A stretch of DNA of 64,000 nt, taken from NCBI GenBank assembly GCA_963791955.1, contig CAWBUO010000005.1:72467-136466 (forward strand), read 5' to 3'. The position numbers and the translations under genes are program-made. Below, piece after piece: positions 28,185 to 37,498 of the stretch (the first letter of the stretch is position 1; the number at the start of each line of letters is the position of its first letter). The notes below the pieces were generated by a model that had not been told where the DNA came from, did no database searches, and saw only the letters and a list, made by a program, of their open reading frames with translations. This DNA comes from an uncultured Alphaproteobacteria bacterium (lineage in GTDB: Bacteria; Pseudomonadota; Alphaproteobacteria; Rhizobiales; Xanthobacteraceae).

Positions 28185-28616
28185 TTATGGCTCGGCGACA
28201 AAGACCGGAATTTGACGCTTCGTGCGCGCCTGATATTCCGCGTATGGCGGGTATGCCGCCACGGCCAATGTCCACACACGAGCCCTTTCCGCCGCGTCCT
28301 TGACCTCCCGCACGCGCATCGGACGTACGATGGTCTCATCGCGAAGCTCGATATGCGGATCGGCGCGCAGATTATGTACCCACGCCGGATCTTTCGGCGC
28401 TCCTCCCTGCGACCCGATGAGCATATAGTTATCGCCTTCCTTGACGCGCATCAAAGGCGTCTTCCGAATTGCACCCGTCTTATGGCCCCGGTGAGTCACG
28501 ATGACGACAGGTAAGCCGGTGTCGCGCAGAGTGGTGCCCTTGGTGCCGCCGCTGCTTTCATAGAGCTGGACCTGCTCACCCACCCAGTCTCGAGGGCTTG
28601 GAACATACTTAGCCAT
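28185..28616 (-). CDS. Deazaflavin (F420H2)-dependent nitroreductase/quinone reductase family protein (Ddn-like, PF04075)
   Basis: WVGEQVQLYESSGGTKGTTLRDTGLPVVIVTHRGHKTGAIRKTPLMRVKEGDNYMLIGSQGGAPKDPAWVHNLRADP. Confidence 0.8.
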   Translation of the reverse strand: MAKYVPSPRDWVGEQVQLYESSGGTKGTTLRDTGLPVVIVTHRGHKTGAIRKTPLMRVKEGDNYMLIGSQGGAPKDPAWVHNLRADPHIELRDETIVRPMRVREVKDAAERARVWTLAVAAYPPYAEYQARTKRQIPVFVAEP

Positions 28617-28879
28617 GAGTCTCCTCCCTCCGATGTCGGCGATCTGCATTACCCCTTGCGTAGTCTAAATACAGAGCGGCGAACGGCCATCCCGCCGCCG
28701 CCGAGCAGCGTGATGAACTGTCGTCGCCTCATGCGCACCCGTCCGTCAGGTTAGGGCCGTATGTTATCAAATGGTGGAACGAAATTCGCTGCGGTGCAGC
28801 GCAACAAACTGAACACGGAGTGGCGGCGACGGATCAACAGCGTCGCAACAGCGATGTCCGCGTCATGTCCAGCTACCGT

Positions 28880-29080
28880 TCATCTTCTTGAGCACGTCAA
28901 GCGGCCCGGGTTGGCCCGGATTTCTGCAAGCGCCACCTTGCCCTTACGGGTAGCTTCAGACATTGTTTCAAAATATTCAGATTGCCGCACCGGCTTGCTC
29001 CGACCGGCCTCGTAAATTTCCCATCGCCACGCTTTGGGTGGATGCCCTTTGTTTTTGATAGGGAGCTTATAGTCAGGCAT
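28880..29080 (-). CDS. Small hypothetical protein (66 aa)
   Basis: MPDYKLPIKNKGHPPKAWRWEIYEAGRSKPVRQSEYFETMSEATRKGKVALAEI resembles small conserved Rhizobiales proteins (from memory). Confidence 0.35.
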   Translation of the reverse strand: MPDYKLPIKNKGHPPKAWRWEIYEAGRSKPVRQSEYFETMSEATRKGKVALAEIRANPGRLTCSRR

Positions 29081-29340
29081 CGTAGAATTGTTGATGTGGG
29101 TGTCTGCATCACATTCTGGAGGTATCAATTCTGGATGCGATGCCGCAATGTCACGACAGGCCTGCCGAAAGGTTCGCAGAGGCCTCAGTAAATACGGGCT
29201 GCAAGGAACCATCAAGCCTTTCCCCTCCCGGCACATTCGAAGTGGGCGACCAAGACTTTCGTTCCCATCGTTGCATATTGCTCGCGTTGATCTAAATCAA
29301 ACGGGCAATGCTTCGCAGAGACGTCTATCGACGAAATCCG

Positions 29341-29373
29341 GAGACCGGACCTGGATTAATCAGTTCCGGTCTC
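29341..29373 (-). terminator. Candidate terminator hairpin downstream of hsp20
   Basis: 9-bp stem GAGACCGGA/TCCGGTCTC with a 15-nt loop, ~30 nt after the hsp20 stop, followed on the minus strand by GGATTTCG. Confidence 0.4.
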
Positions 29374-29402
29374 TGATCTTTCTTGCAACGCATCGTTCAG
29401 GA

Positions 29403-29906
29403 TTAAGCGGCCTTCCTCGGTGCCGTGCCCGTCTGGGGCGCAGCCCCTGTCTTGATATTGATTGTCTTAGTGGTCTTTATGGCCTTACCGGGCTTCTTGA
29501 TCGTGAGATACAGGACGCCCTTGTCGAAATGAGCATCGACGGCTCCGTCTTCCGGCTCGAAAGGCAGGGAGATTGACCGGTAGAATGAGCCGTAACTCCG
29601 CTCCTCGACATGCCAGTCCTTTTCTTCTTTCGTGCTCTCTGCCTTTTTTTCACCGGAAATGACCAGCTGGTTTTCATCCAGGCTGACGTTGATGTCTTTT
29701 TCGTCAACACCGGGGAGTTCGGCCGTCACTTCGTAGGCATCCTTAGTCTCCGCCACACTGATCGCCGGCGCGCCAGCCCCAATGTCGGCAGAGGGCGAAT
29801 TCTGACCGAAAGCACGGAGCGCATTTTCCATCTCAAGCCGCATGGCACGGAATGGATCAGCTGTCAGGTCTTGGCTCGTGGTCCACAATCTCGGAATAAG
29901 GTTCAT
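29403..29906 (-). CDS. Hsp20/alpha-crystallin family small heat-shock protein
   Basis: YEVTAELPGVDEKDINVSLDENQLVISGEKK...ERSYGSFYRSISLPF...GVLYLTIKK. Confidence 0.9.
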   Translation of the reverse strand: MNLIPRLWTTSQDLTADPFRAMRLEMENALRAFGQNSPSADIGAGAPAISVAETKDAYEVTAELPGVDEKDINVSLDENQLVISGEKKAESTKEEKDWHVEERSYGSFYRSISLPFEPEDGAVDAHFDKGVLYLTIKKPGKAIKTTKTINIKTGAAPQTGTAPRKAA

Positions 29907-30547
29907 CTGTTCACTCCATCGTTTGAGAAAAATATCAAAGGGCTTTCTTGCCCCTATTTACGTGCGTGGTCGGTCTGCGGGTGCAGACGACATCCGCGAT
30001 GCAAGCAGTATCAACTGGTTCGATTAGAAATTGTGCCTGCCGATGGGCACTGGCGCTGCTAGTTATGATAGCGGAGACTTCGGTACGTCGCCGTTTTTTG
30101 AGCAGCTCAAAGGCAAGCCGCGGCCTGCCTGTATTGTGCATCTGTGGTACCGATACCAAAGCACAAGGGCACGTCGATAATTTAATTCGCGACCGGGGTT
30201 GGCGTGTCTGCAACGGACGAGTTACGATATGATACGCTACCCCCTCAAGAGGCGGCCTTCCCAAGATACTGAAGCCCCGGCATTGCCGTCCCCAAGGCTA
30301 TCCCCGCCGAGGCTTTTTCTTTTGTGCAGATAGGTGCAGTTCGCTGGAACGCTCCCGGCGTTTCCGCCATAATAATAGGGGTCATGCCATCGTGAGCTCC
30401 AATGCGCCGATAACGCTCGTCAGGTAGGGAATGAAAAAACACTCATTGCGGTCACTTGAATTTGTGAGATTTTGTGTGATGCGGGGTGACTGCGATTACG
30501 CTAATATCTGATGGGGCTGAAGGGGCTTCCAACAAGGGAGTTCTGGA

Positions 30548-30961
30548 ATGTGTGACTTTAGCCTTCAAAGCGTGCGTTCGCGGCCCGCGAAGGTCGGCGA
30601 CAAGCTCGTGACGCGTGACTTCGGCACCGGAACACGTGGCTTTGCCGCCGCGGATGAGCTTGGACTAGCGGTGTGTGTGATGCCTGGAACGGAACTGGCC
30701 TTCGCCGGCGAAGTCGCGTGCCTGCCTACTGGCCTGTTCGGGTGGAAGACCAAGACAATCAACCACCGGACGGCAATCTTTCGACAAGTCAACAAAGACA
30801 AGTCCGCCGCACATCACGATGCGCTCGAATTTCCGGATGGGCGGACCGTATTGCTGACGCGCCTGTGCGAAGGTCAGGCGGCAGCAGTTCTTCAGCTACC
30901 TGCGCAGCCAGCGACAATGGTCGAGGCGGATGCCCAGAAGCGCGTTAATTACGTCGGCTGA
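30548..30961 (+). CDS. Conserved hypothetical protein (MCDxSL... family)
   Basis: MCDFSLQSVRSRPAKVGDKLVTRDFGTGTRGFA is an N-terminus I recognise from a widespread Rhizobiales hypothetical family. A terminator follows. Confidence 0.6.
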   Translation: MCDFSLQSVRSRPAKVGDKLVTRDFGTGTRGFAAADELGLAVCVMPGTELAFAGEVACLPTGLFGWKTKTINHRTAIFRQVNKDKSAAHHDALEFPDGRTVLLTRLCEGQAAAVLQLPAQPATMVEADAQKRVNYVG

Positions 30962-30979
30962 CTGTTGAAGATCCATCTT

Positions 30980-31010
30980 GTAGGCCGCCCGAGGAAGCGG
31001 CCTACTTGTT
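30980..31010 (+). terminator. Rho-independent terminator
   Basis: 9-bp stem GTAGGCCGC/GCGGCCTAC with an 8-nt loop, followed by TTGTT; 19 nt after the stop at 30961. Confidence 0.6.
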
Positions 31011-31119
31011 CAGGCAAGTCCGCGTGTAGCGGCTCAGGAAATAAAAATTCGCGCTTGAGAAATAAGCGCGAACTCCGACGCATGCACTGCTCAGGGCTTG
31101 GCCCATTTAAAGCCCAAAA

Positions 31120-31640
31120 TCAGGCTATGCCAGGCTTGTCGAATACCATCACCTTGGACACGAAGGCCTTGACGTCTCGGATGTGCGTCAGACCGCACCC
31201 TGTAGCGAGTAGGCTAAAGTCCTCGACGGTGTAGCTTTTATAGTAGGGCTCGTGATAATTTTGCGGAAACAGTTCTAAAAGTCCTTCATAATCAGGCTGA
31301 TCACCGCGTTGTAGCGAGTCGACGAGGACTAGACGCCCGCCAGGCTTCAGGACCCGAGCACATTCGCGAAAAACGATGCGACGTACCTTCGGCGGTAATT
31401 CGTGGAACAAAAAAATACTCGTCACCGCGTCCTGGCTTTTATCGGGTATGACCCCGCATTTCCGACCATGAGGTTCATTCGCGACCAGCGTTTGAGGTGA
31501 CGCTTGGCGTATCTGACATATGGCTTAGACATGTCGAGTCCGAGGGCTGGAAGCCGCGGCCAGGCCTGTTTGAGAAAATCGAGAAAGCGCCCGGTGCACG
31601 CGCTTTCCAAACGGTCGGCAACAACTAGTGACCTACTCAC
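31120..31640 (-). pseudogene. Class I SAM-dependent methyltransferase, frameshifted and 5'-truncated
   Basis: Two adjacent ORFs. The upstream one ends ...NLMVGNAGSYPIKARTR*. A shift of one nt near 31455-31465 restores ...VIPDKSQDAVTSIFLFHELPPKVRRIVFRECARVLKPGGRLVLVDS. The SAM-motif region reads LESACTGRFL. Confidence 0.65.
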
Positions 31641-31704
31641 GCGTTCAGGTTTTCTAACATGGAAACCGGCTTCTTTCAGCGCCCCGTGACAGCGCGCTAT
31701 CCCG

Positions 31705-32952
31705 TTACGACCTATTCAGCCGAAGTGGCAAAGCTTTGCAGCCTCTCATGACTAATGTATTGGTCCATTCCACCGGTTGGTCGGTAAGCGCCATATTGGG
31801 ATAGCGTCGGATCATTTCGGCCAGGGCTAATTCGAGCTCCAGCCGGGCCAACGGAGCACCGAGGCAAAAGTGCAAGCCGCCGCCGAATGTCACGTGCGGA
31901 TTAGGCGTTCGACCGATATCGAACGTGTCGGGATCCTTGAAAACACTACCGTCCCGATTAGCGGCGCCGATCATTAGGAAGACCCTATCGCCTTTTTTCA
32001 GTTGCTTTCCACGTATTTCATGGTCGACGGTGACCACGCGGCCAACAGTTCCCACTGGACCCTCAAAGCGCAGACATTCTTCAACTGCAGTGGGTAACAA
32101 CGAAAGATCGTTGCGCAATCTTTCCAGCTGGGTGGGGTTGCGCAGCAGCGTGCGAACACTGTTACCAATCGACAGCGCAGTAGTTTCGTGGCCTGCTACG
32201 ATCAATAGAATACAAGTTGCTAGTACCTCGTCGTCCGTCAACGGTCCACGCCCTTGATCGGCGGTCGCAAGAGCACTCAATAGGTCTCGCCGCGGGCTAG
32301 TTCGGCGATTTGTTACGATAGGCAGAAGCTGTTCCTTCATGCGGCGCGTCGCCTCCTGCGCCCGCTCATACTTGTCCGGGGCGTTTTGCGAAGAGCCTAT
32401 GAATAATGCAATGTCATTGGACCAGCGCCCGACTTCGTCGAGATGAGGCGTGGGGACGCCGAGTACGTCCATAATCACAGTCAAAGGAAGCCGGAAGCCA
32501 AAGTCGCGTATCAGTTCCGGACTAGGTTGTTGCTCCAAGCGGTCCAGCAGGTTGTTGATGATAGCTGTGATCCTAGCCGTCCAATCTTCGACCATCTTCG
32601 GCGGGAAGGCGGTATTCAGGATGCCGCGAACGCGGGTATGGTCAGGCGGGTCACGGAAAGAAGCCCACAAAGGCAGGTAACGGATCAGATCTGCCATCTT
32701 GTTACGCTTCTCTTGCGGGAGCTGTTCGAAGAATGGCTGCAGCCGACTAGCCGACATTTCCGGCGCCTTCAGTGCCTTTCGCACGTCGGTATAACTCGTC
32801 AAGATCCAGGCAGAGAGTTTTGTACTCCAATGAACCGGATCGCGTTCCCGGAACGTCTTCAAGGTCGGAAACGGGTTCGGCGACATCGCAATGAAGCGCG
32901 GTTCAAAAACCAATGCGTCTTGTTCGACTTTGTTTGGACTGTCATTGAGCAT
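31705..32952 (-). CDS. Cytochrome P450
   Basis: Heme loop FGGGLHFCLGAPLA, I-helix LIVAGHETT, and EECLRFEGP (ExxR). Confidence 0.9.
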   Translation of the reverse strand: MLNDSPNKVEQDALVFEPRFIAMSPNPFPTLKTFRERDPVHWSTKLSAWILTSYTDVRKALKAPEMSASRLQPFFEQLPQEKRNKMADLIRYLPLWASFRDPPDHTRVRGILNTAFPPKMVEDWTARITAIINNLLDRLEQQPSPELIRDFGFRLPLTVIMDVLGVPTPHLDEVGRWSNDIALFIGSSQNAPDKYERAQEATRRMKEQLLPIVTNRRTSPRRDLLSALATADQGRGPLTDDEVLATCILLIVAGHETTALSIGNSVRTLLRNPTQLERLRNDLSLLPTAVEECLRFEGPVGTVGRVVTVDHEIRGKQLKKGDRVFLMIGAANRDGSVFKDPDTFDIGRTPNPHVTFGGGLHFCLGAPLARLELELALAEMIRRYPNMALTDQPVEWTNTLVMRGCKALPLRLNRS

Positions 32953-32987
32953 GATGGTTTGATCAATGCCGTCTGATGAACCCGTCG

Positions 32988-34034
32988 TCAGGCGGCGGCG
33001 GCGTGTGTCTCGCTCGCGATCATATCGTCGATGATCTTGCGTGCGCGCGTCGAACCGGCATCGATGTTAATGTTGCGTAGCGGTGCGTCCGGACGCTCGT
33101 TGATGGCGATCTGCTGTGCCTCGACCACGACCTGATCCTCGACGAAAATATTCGCGTTCGCCTCGCGCAGTTGCGTGGTGAGCGACTGATCGCGAAGCTT
33201 ATAATTGCGCATCAGCGACCAGAAATACATACAAGTCGAAGCGGTTTCCGGCGTGATCGTGTTCAGCACCCGGCCGTTGACGCCCTTGGAGCGGTCGCCC
33301 TGCGGCGCCCCGGTGCCCGCCGGCGCAACGCCGACATCGAGCACGATAGTGCACGGGGCCTCGAACTGGATGATCTGCCAGCGATCGACATTGCCCGGCT
33401 TGCCTAGCTGCGCGCGCCAGAACGGCGGCGCGTCGATGTCGAGCATCCACCGCGTCGATGTCACCACGCGTCCGCTATGGGTCGTCGTCATCGGCGCTTC
33501 GGCAACGTGCTTGCTGCCTATACTGGTGGTATGCACGAAAGACTCGTGAGTGAGGTCCATCAGATTGTCGACGAACAGGCGGTAGTCGCACTTGGCGAAC
33601 ATCGTCTTGCCGTCGCCCGCCCATTCCGGATCATCATTCCAGTGCATGTCGGGCACGAGCGCCGGATCGGCCAGCGCCGGATCGCCCGGCCAGACCCAGA
33701 CGAAGCGGTAGAGTTCGACGACTGGATAGGAATACACCTTTGCGGCCGGGTTCAATTTTTCCTGCGAGGGCATACGCGTGCACTGGCCTTTACCGTCGTA
33801 GGCGAGGCCGTGATAGCGGCAGACGACATCATCGCCCTCGAGCCAGCCCATCGACAGCGGAAGCAGCCGGTGCCAGCAGGCATCTTCCAGCGCGGCGATC
33901 GAGCCGTCCGACTTCCGCCACAGCACGACCCGCTTGTTGCAGACTGTACGGGCTAACGGCGTGCGCTGCCCGACCTCGTAACTCCAAGCCGCGACATACC
34001 AGGCATTGAGTGGGAAAGTTCGAAGCGTTTCCAT
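32988..34034 (-). CDS. Rieske [2Fe-2S] non-heme iron oxygenase, VanA-like (oxygenase component)
   Basis: Rieske CWHRLLPLSMGWLEGDDVVCRYHG; mononuclear iron DNLMDLTHESFVH. Start METLRTF chosen because NAWYVAAW follows it. Confidence 0.85.
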   Translation of the reverse strand: METLRTFPLNAWYVAAWSYEVGQRTPLARTVCNKRVVLWRKSDGSIAALEDACWHRLLPLSMGWLEGDDVVCRYHGLAYDGKGQCTRMPSQEKLNPAAKVYSYPVVELYRFVWVWPGDPALADPALVPDMHWNDDPEWAGDGKTMFAKCDYRLFVDNLMDLTHESFVHTTSIGSKHVAEAPMTTTHSGRVVTSTRWMLDIDAPPFWRAQLGKPGNVDRWQIIQFEAPCTIVLDVGVAPAGTGAPQGDRSKGVNGRVLNTITPETASTCMYFWSLMRNYKLRDQSLTTQLREANANIFVEDQVVVEAQQIAINERPDAPLRNINIDAGSTRARKIIDDMIASETHAAAA

Positions 34035-34219
34035 GGATCGACCCTTGATAGATGTTTTTGGTTGGCAGACGGACCTGACTGCTTTTCCGTAACCGTGCAA
34101 AAAAAATAGGCTAGCGCAATTGGGCCCGGGTGTCCGCTTCACCCCCTTGAAAACAGACATTAGGCCTTTCGAAGTTTTACAATGAAAGAGGCTGCCGACT
34201 TGAGGCGGCCTTTGATCGA

Positions 34220-34384
34220 TTAGGACCTGTTCTTAATGTCTTTGTGGCTGGCTTGTCTTACCATTTCGTCAGTCAAGAGCCTCTGTAATAGCTCTCGCTT
34301 GGCTGTATCGGTTTCTGTCAACAATAGAGTGGTGAAGCGTGTTATGTTTTGGCACTCGACGAACTCGTCCATCGAAATAACCAT
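34220..34384 (-). CDS. Small hypothetical protein (54 aa)
   Basis: MVISMDEFVECQNITRFTTLLLTETDTAKRELLQRLLTDE resembles a common small alphaproteobacterial protein family (from memory). Confidence 0.4.
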   Translation of the reverse strand: MVISMDEFVECQNITRFTTLLLTETDTAKRELLQRLLTDEMVRQASHKDIKNRS

Positions 34385-34783
34385 GCAAGCCTCCGTCCGC
34401 TCGAAACCACATGAAAATAAGACCCCAGCGAGAGTGAGCGCGACTGGCATCTTACTACGCACAACAAACTCGGGCGCAGAAGCAACGGAAGCCAAAAAAT
34501 GCGTCCGATATTGAACATTGAGCCGAACGCTTTTCTAAAACTGTATAGTATAGCTCACTCCGAACCGGCGGTGGACAAGTGGACTAACTCCCTCGGATTT
34601 TGCTGCCCACTTCCGCTCTGGGCAACAGCCACGATTCGCTGGACAAGCGCGCCGGCGGAACATGTATCTGGCTAAGCTGGCGCCACATCTCCCCCGGGCA
34701 CGATATCTGGTATTCCGCCCTCGCCAAGTCCTCCCAGCCCTCGCTGTATTGACTCTAGTTCGCGATCTGTTCTCAATGCAGCC

Positions 34784-35017
34784 ATGAGCGTACTATTCGA
34801 GATAAACCGGGATTTTCCGTACCAGGTCGCGCTGTCGTTCGATGAAGCGGCAATGGACGTTTTGGATTGGCTCGAAGAGTGCGACTTCGAATGGGACATG
34901 TATGTCGATCTGTCGGAGAACACGGTCCGGTACTGCTTTCGCACCCTGGGCGACGCGGCGGCATTCAAGCGGCGGTTCGGACGTGCGGCGCAAAGGCGCG
35001 CTGTCGCCGGCGATTAA
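34784..35017 (+). CDS. Small hypothetical protein (77 aa)
   Basis: ...NRDFPYQVALSFDE...VRYCFRTLGDAAAFKRRFG resembles small Rhizobiales proteins ending ...CFxDxxxAxxFxxxF (from memory). Confidence 0.45.
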   Translation: MSVLFEINRDFPYQVALSFDEAAMDVLDWLEECDFEWDMYVDLSENTVRYCFRTLGDAAAFKRRFGRAAQRRAVAGD

Positions 35018-35231
35018 AAACGCCATCAACACGGTTAGGCGTGATGCGGCGCAAGCGTCGGCGAGTCAGGCAGAACCGGTCTTCCAATATCTTCTTGTGG
35101 ATAGCCCGAAACGTTTCCGCCACGAGCTAAATGTTTGCTGATCATGAGAACTGGACAAAAGTAGCTTGATCCCCTTCGGGGCATCACACAAACTGGAGCA
35201 GTCGAAAAGCCGCCACCGCTGAGGATAAGCG

Positions 35232-35454
35232 TTGCGTGTTTTCAATGTTGAGGAAGACGCACGCAAAGCCTTCGACGCATTGAGGGCCGGCGGCATCGCC
35301 ATAGTGCCAAATGACGTCGGCTATTCCATCTTGGGCGGCTCGGGTTCCGCGCTACAGCGTATTTTCCAGACAAAGGGTCGCGCGCCCTCCAAGCTCAACG
35401 CGATGGTCGGCAATCTGCAAATCCACCGCGAGCTGCACATCTGCAGTAAAAGGG
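35232..35454 (+). pseudogene. YrdC/Sua5-domain gene, N-terminal fragment truncated by IS21-type insertion
   Basis: ...LRAGGIAIVPNDVGYSILGGSGSALQRIFQTKGRAPSKLNAMVG. The frame then runs into the IS21-type terminus at ~35455. Confidence 0.5.
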
Positions 35455-36075
35455 TGTCATTCGGCGTGCAATTTTGACCCCCTGAGCCGGGGGATCGGCG
35501 TCCAAAATTGACCCCCTAAATATTGACCTGTTGCGCTGCTCGCTTTGATTCCAAGCGAGCGGTGGGGGAATGCTGACAGTGGAGACGATCGGCCGGATTC
35601 GGCGCGAGCACTTCATCAAGGGCAAGACGATCAAGGAGATTGCGCGGGATCTGAAGGTGTCCCGGAATACGGTCCGTAGGGTGCTACGGTCAGGCGCGAC
35701 ATCCTTCGAGTACGAACGTGACGTGCAACCTCGACCCAAGCTCGGGCGATGGACTGAAGAACTTGACGCGCTCCTGGTCGGCAACGCGGCCAAGCCTGCC
35801 CGCGAGCAGCTGACGCTGATCCGGATCTTCGAAGAGCTCCGCGGACGCGGTTATGACGGCGGTTACGACGCCGTGCGCCGTTATGCCAGGCGATGGTCCA
35901 AGCAACATGGAGAAGCGACGGCTGCAGCCTATGTCCCGCTGAGCTTTGCTCCTGGAGAAGCCTACCAGTTCGACTGGAGCCACGAAGTCGTCCTGCTGAG
36001 CGGCGTGACAGTGATCGTGAAGGTCGTTCATGTCCGGCTTTGTCATAGCCGTATGCTGTTCGTGCGCGCCTACAC
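35455..36075 (+). mobile_element. IS21-family element remnant (left end plus the first ~168 codons of istA)
   Basis: Terminus TGTCATTCGG... with multiple direct repeats AATTTTGACCCCC (35470), AAAATTGACCCCC (35504) and ATATTGACC (35520). IstA N-terminus MLTVETIGRIRREHFIKGKTIKEIARDLKVSRNTVRRVL...VHVRLCHSRMLFVRAY, after which similarity is lost. Confidence 0.75.
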
Positions 36076-36221
36076 GGGTGCAGGATATCGACATTGCCAC
36101 CGAAATAGCTGGATGCCCTGGCAATGGTGTTAGCAAAGACGGCTGTTTGTTAATAGACTACGTTTCTGAAGCTAGGCGCGTGGCACGTAAACGGCTGCAG
36201 CCTTGCAAATCATCAAGCTGA

Positions 36222-36250
36222 AGCCCCGAGCGTTCGGGGCTTTTGCATTT
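36222..36250 (+). terminator. Hairpin plus T-tract (orphan rho-independent terminator)
   Basis: AAGCCCCGA-GCG-TTCGGGGCTT followed by TTTGCATTT. No intact gene lies upstream on the plus strand. Confidence 0.5.
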
Positions 36251-36262
36251 GGTCGGACGATC

Positions 36263-36720
36263 CTACGCCCCGACGATTGAGGCGTCGTCGTTCTCCGGCT
36301 TGTTGACCTTGGTCGAGATCGGCCACATCCGCATTGGCTCTGGCAGAAAAGACCGCGTCAGGGACTAGTGGAGTAGTCAGAATGCCGAGGCGACGTAGAA
36401 CCGCCGTGGCCGTGACGTAGCTCCGGTCGGGCAGAACGTAATCCTGTGATCTTTATCACTGCAGATATATAGCGGAAGGCGTACAGGTGACTTGGCAGCC
36501 TCGGCGGAGATAACATAACGCATCCCCGCCGAGGCCCGTAACCAAGGCGCCTTTACGGCTTGGGAGCTTGGGGCATGCCTTGGCCACAACCGGCGCAGCT
36601 GCGTTGCCTAACGCGGCTGCCCTAATTTGTTTGTGCTGATTTTCGCCATAACGCTCCCCACGGCTTAAGTGTTTGCGTTGATCATGGCAGCGAATAGGCA
36701 ACATTCCGACGCAATCTGGG
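36263..36720 (-). pseudogene. Degraded SOS-response-associated peptidase (SRAP/YedK, DUF159) gene
   Basis: The best-preserved piece (36263-36328) reads MWPISTKVNKPENDDASIVGA*, the typical SRAP C-terminus. Upstream there are only scattered similarities across three frames (DKDHRI, VLPDRSY, AMINANT). Confidence 0.45.
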
Positions 36721-37470
36721 CGGTGTAAAACTCATTCGAGATTTGCTGGACCGCGGAAAGCGGACGATGGAAAAGCCTCTAGCAATAGCGTGCGCCACAC
36801 AAGACAGAATATTGCCGGGGTGCTTGGCGCGCCGAAATTGATGTCAGCTTCTGGAGTATTGCGGACGTGCCGTGCGCTCGTCGTCGGTAGGGAGATCATA
36901 GGGTTCCTGCGACAAAAGCGGGAAAAGTCGTCCCTGCCGGGACGGTGGCGGTGGTGAGATCGTCCGATTTTTTGCGAGCGTTCGAACAAAGCGACCGCGC
37001 CTTCAACAGTGATCCGCCAACGTCATCTTACGCCATCATGCGGAGGGCACGCCCCTACCGCGGAGAGAACAATGGGCCCGGCAAGGATGATCGTGAAGAG
37101 CTTGACATCCAGACCCGGAATTAGAGAACAAAATCGGCCCCATTTCGCCGTTCGCGGCGGCGCAACATCATGTCTGAAGTTGAGGGATTAGCGGACTCAT
37201 AACGGACATCACAATTCCGCAGCGATTGACCCTGGTTGTGTGAAAACGTACTCGGTTAGGACCTGCTCGCTGTTGCTCTTTCGGCTTACCTATCCGAGCC
37301 AAGACGGTAGACTACGAATTGTCCCCAATGTCCGCCGTCGATCTAGAGTGAGCAATTTTATACAGATATCGAAAATCTCTTGGCTCAAGCTAGCAAGTGC
37401 CGGGCGCTTCACTCCCCCCAGCCCCCGAAGCGTCCGAGCCTGTGTGTGTATGCGTGCGCGTGTAAGAAAT

Positions 37471-37498
37471 CCCCAAGCCCGTGGCCACGGGCTTGGGG
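37471..37498. repeat. 28-bp perfect palindrome (strong hairpin)
   Basis: CCCCAAGCCCGTGG/CCACGGGCTTGGGG. On the minus strand it is followed by ATTTCTT. Confidence 0.9.

Noticed and set aside
29907-30070. ROSE-type or fourU RNA thermometer, or a sigma-32 promoter, upstream of hsp20
   Set aside because: Reading the leader, I found no U(U/C)GCU anti-SD hairpin enclosing the GGAG SD. I also found no convincing CTTG-N17-CYTAT promoter, only short unrelated hairpins.
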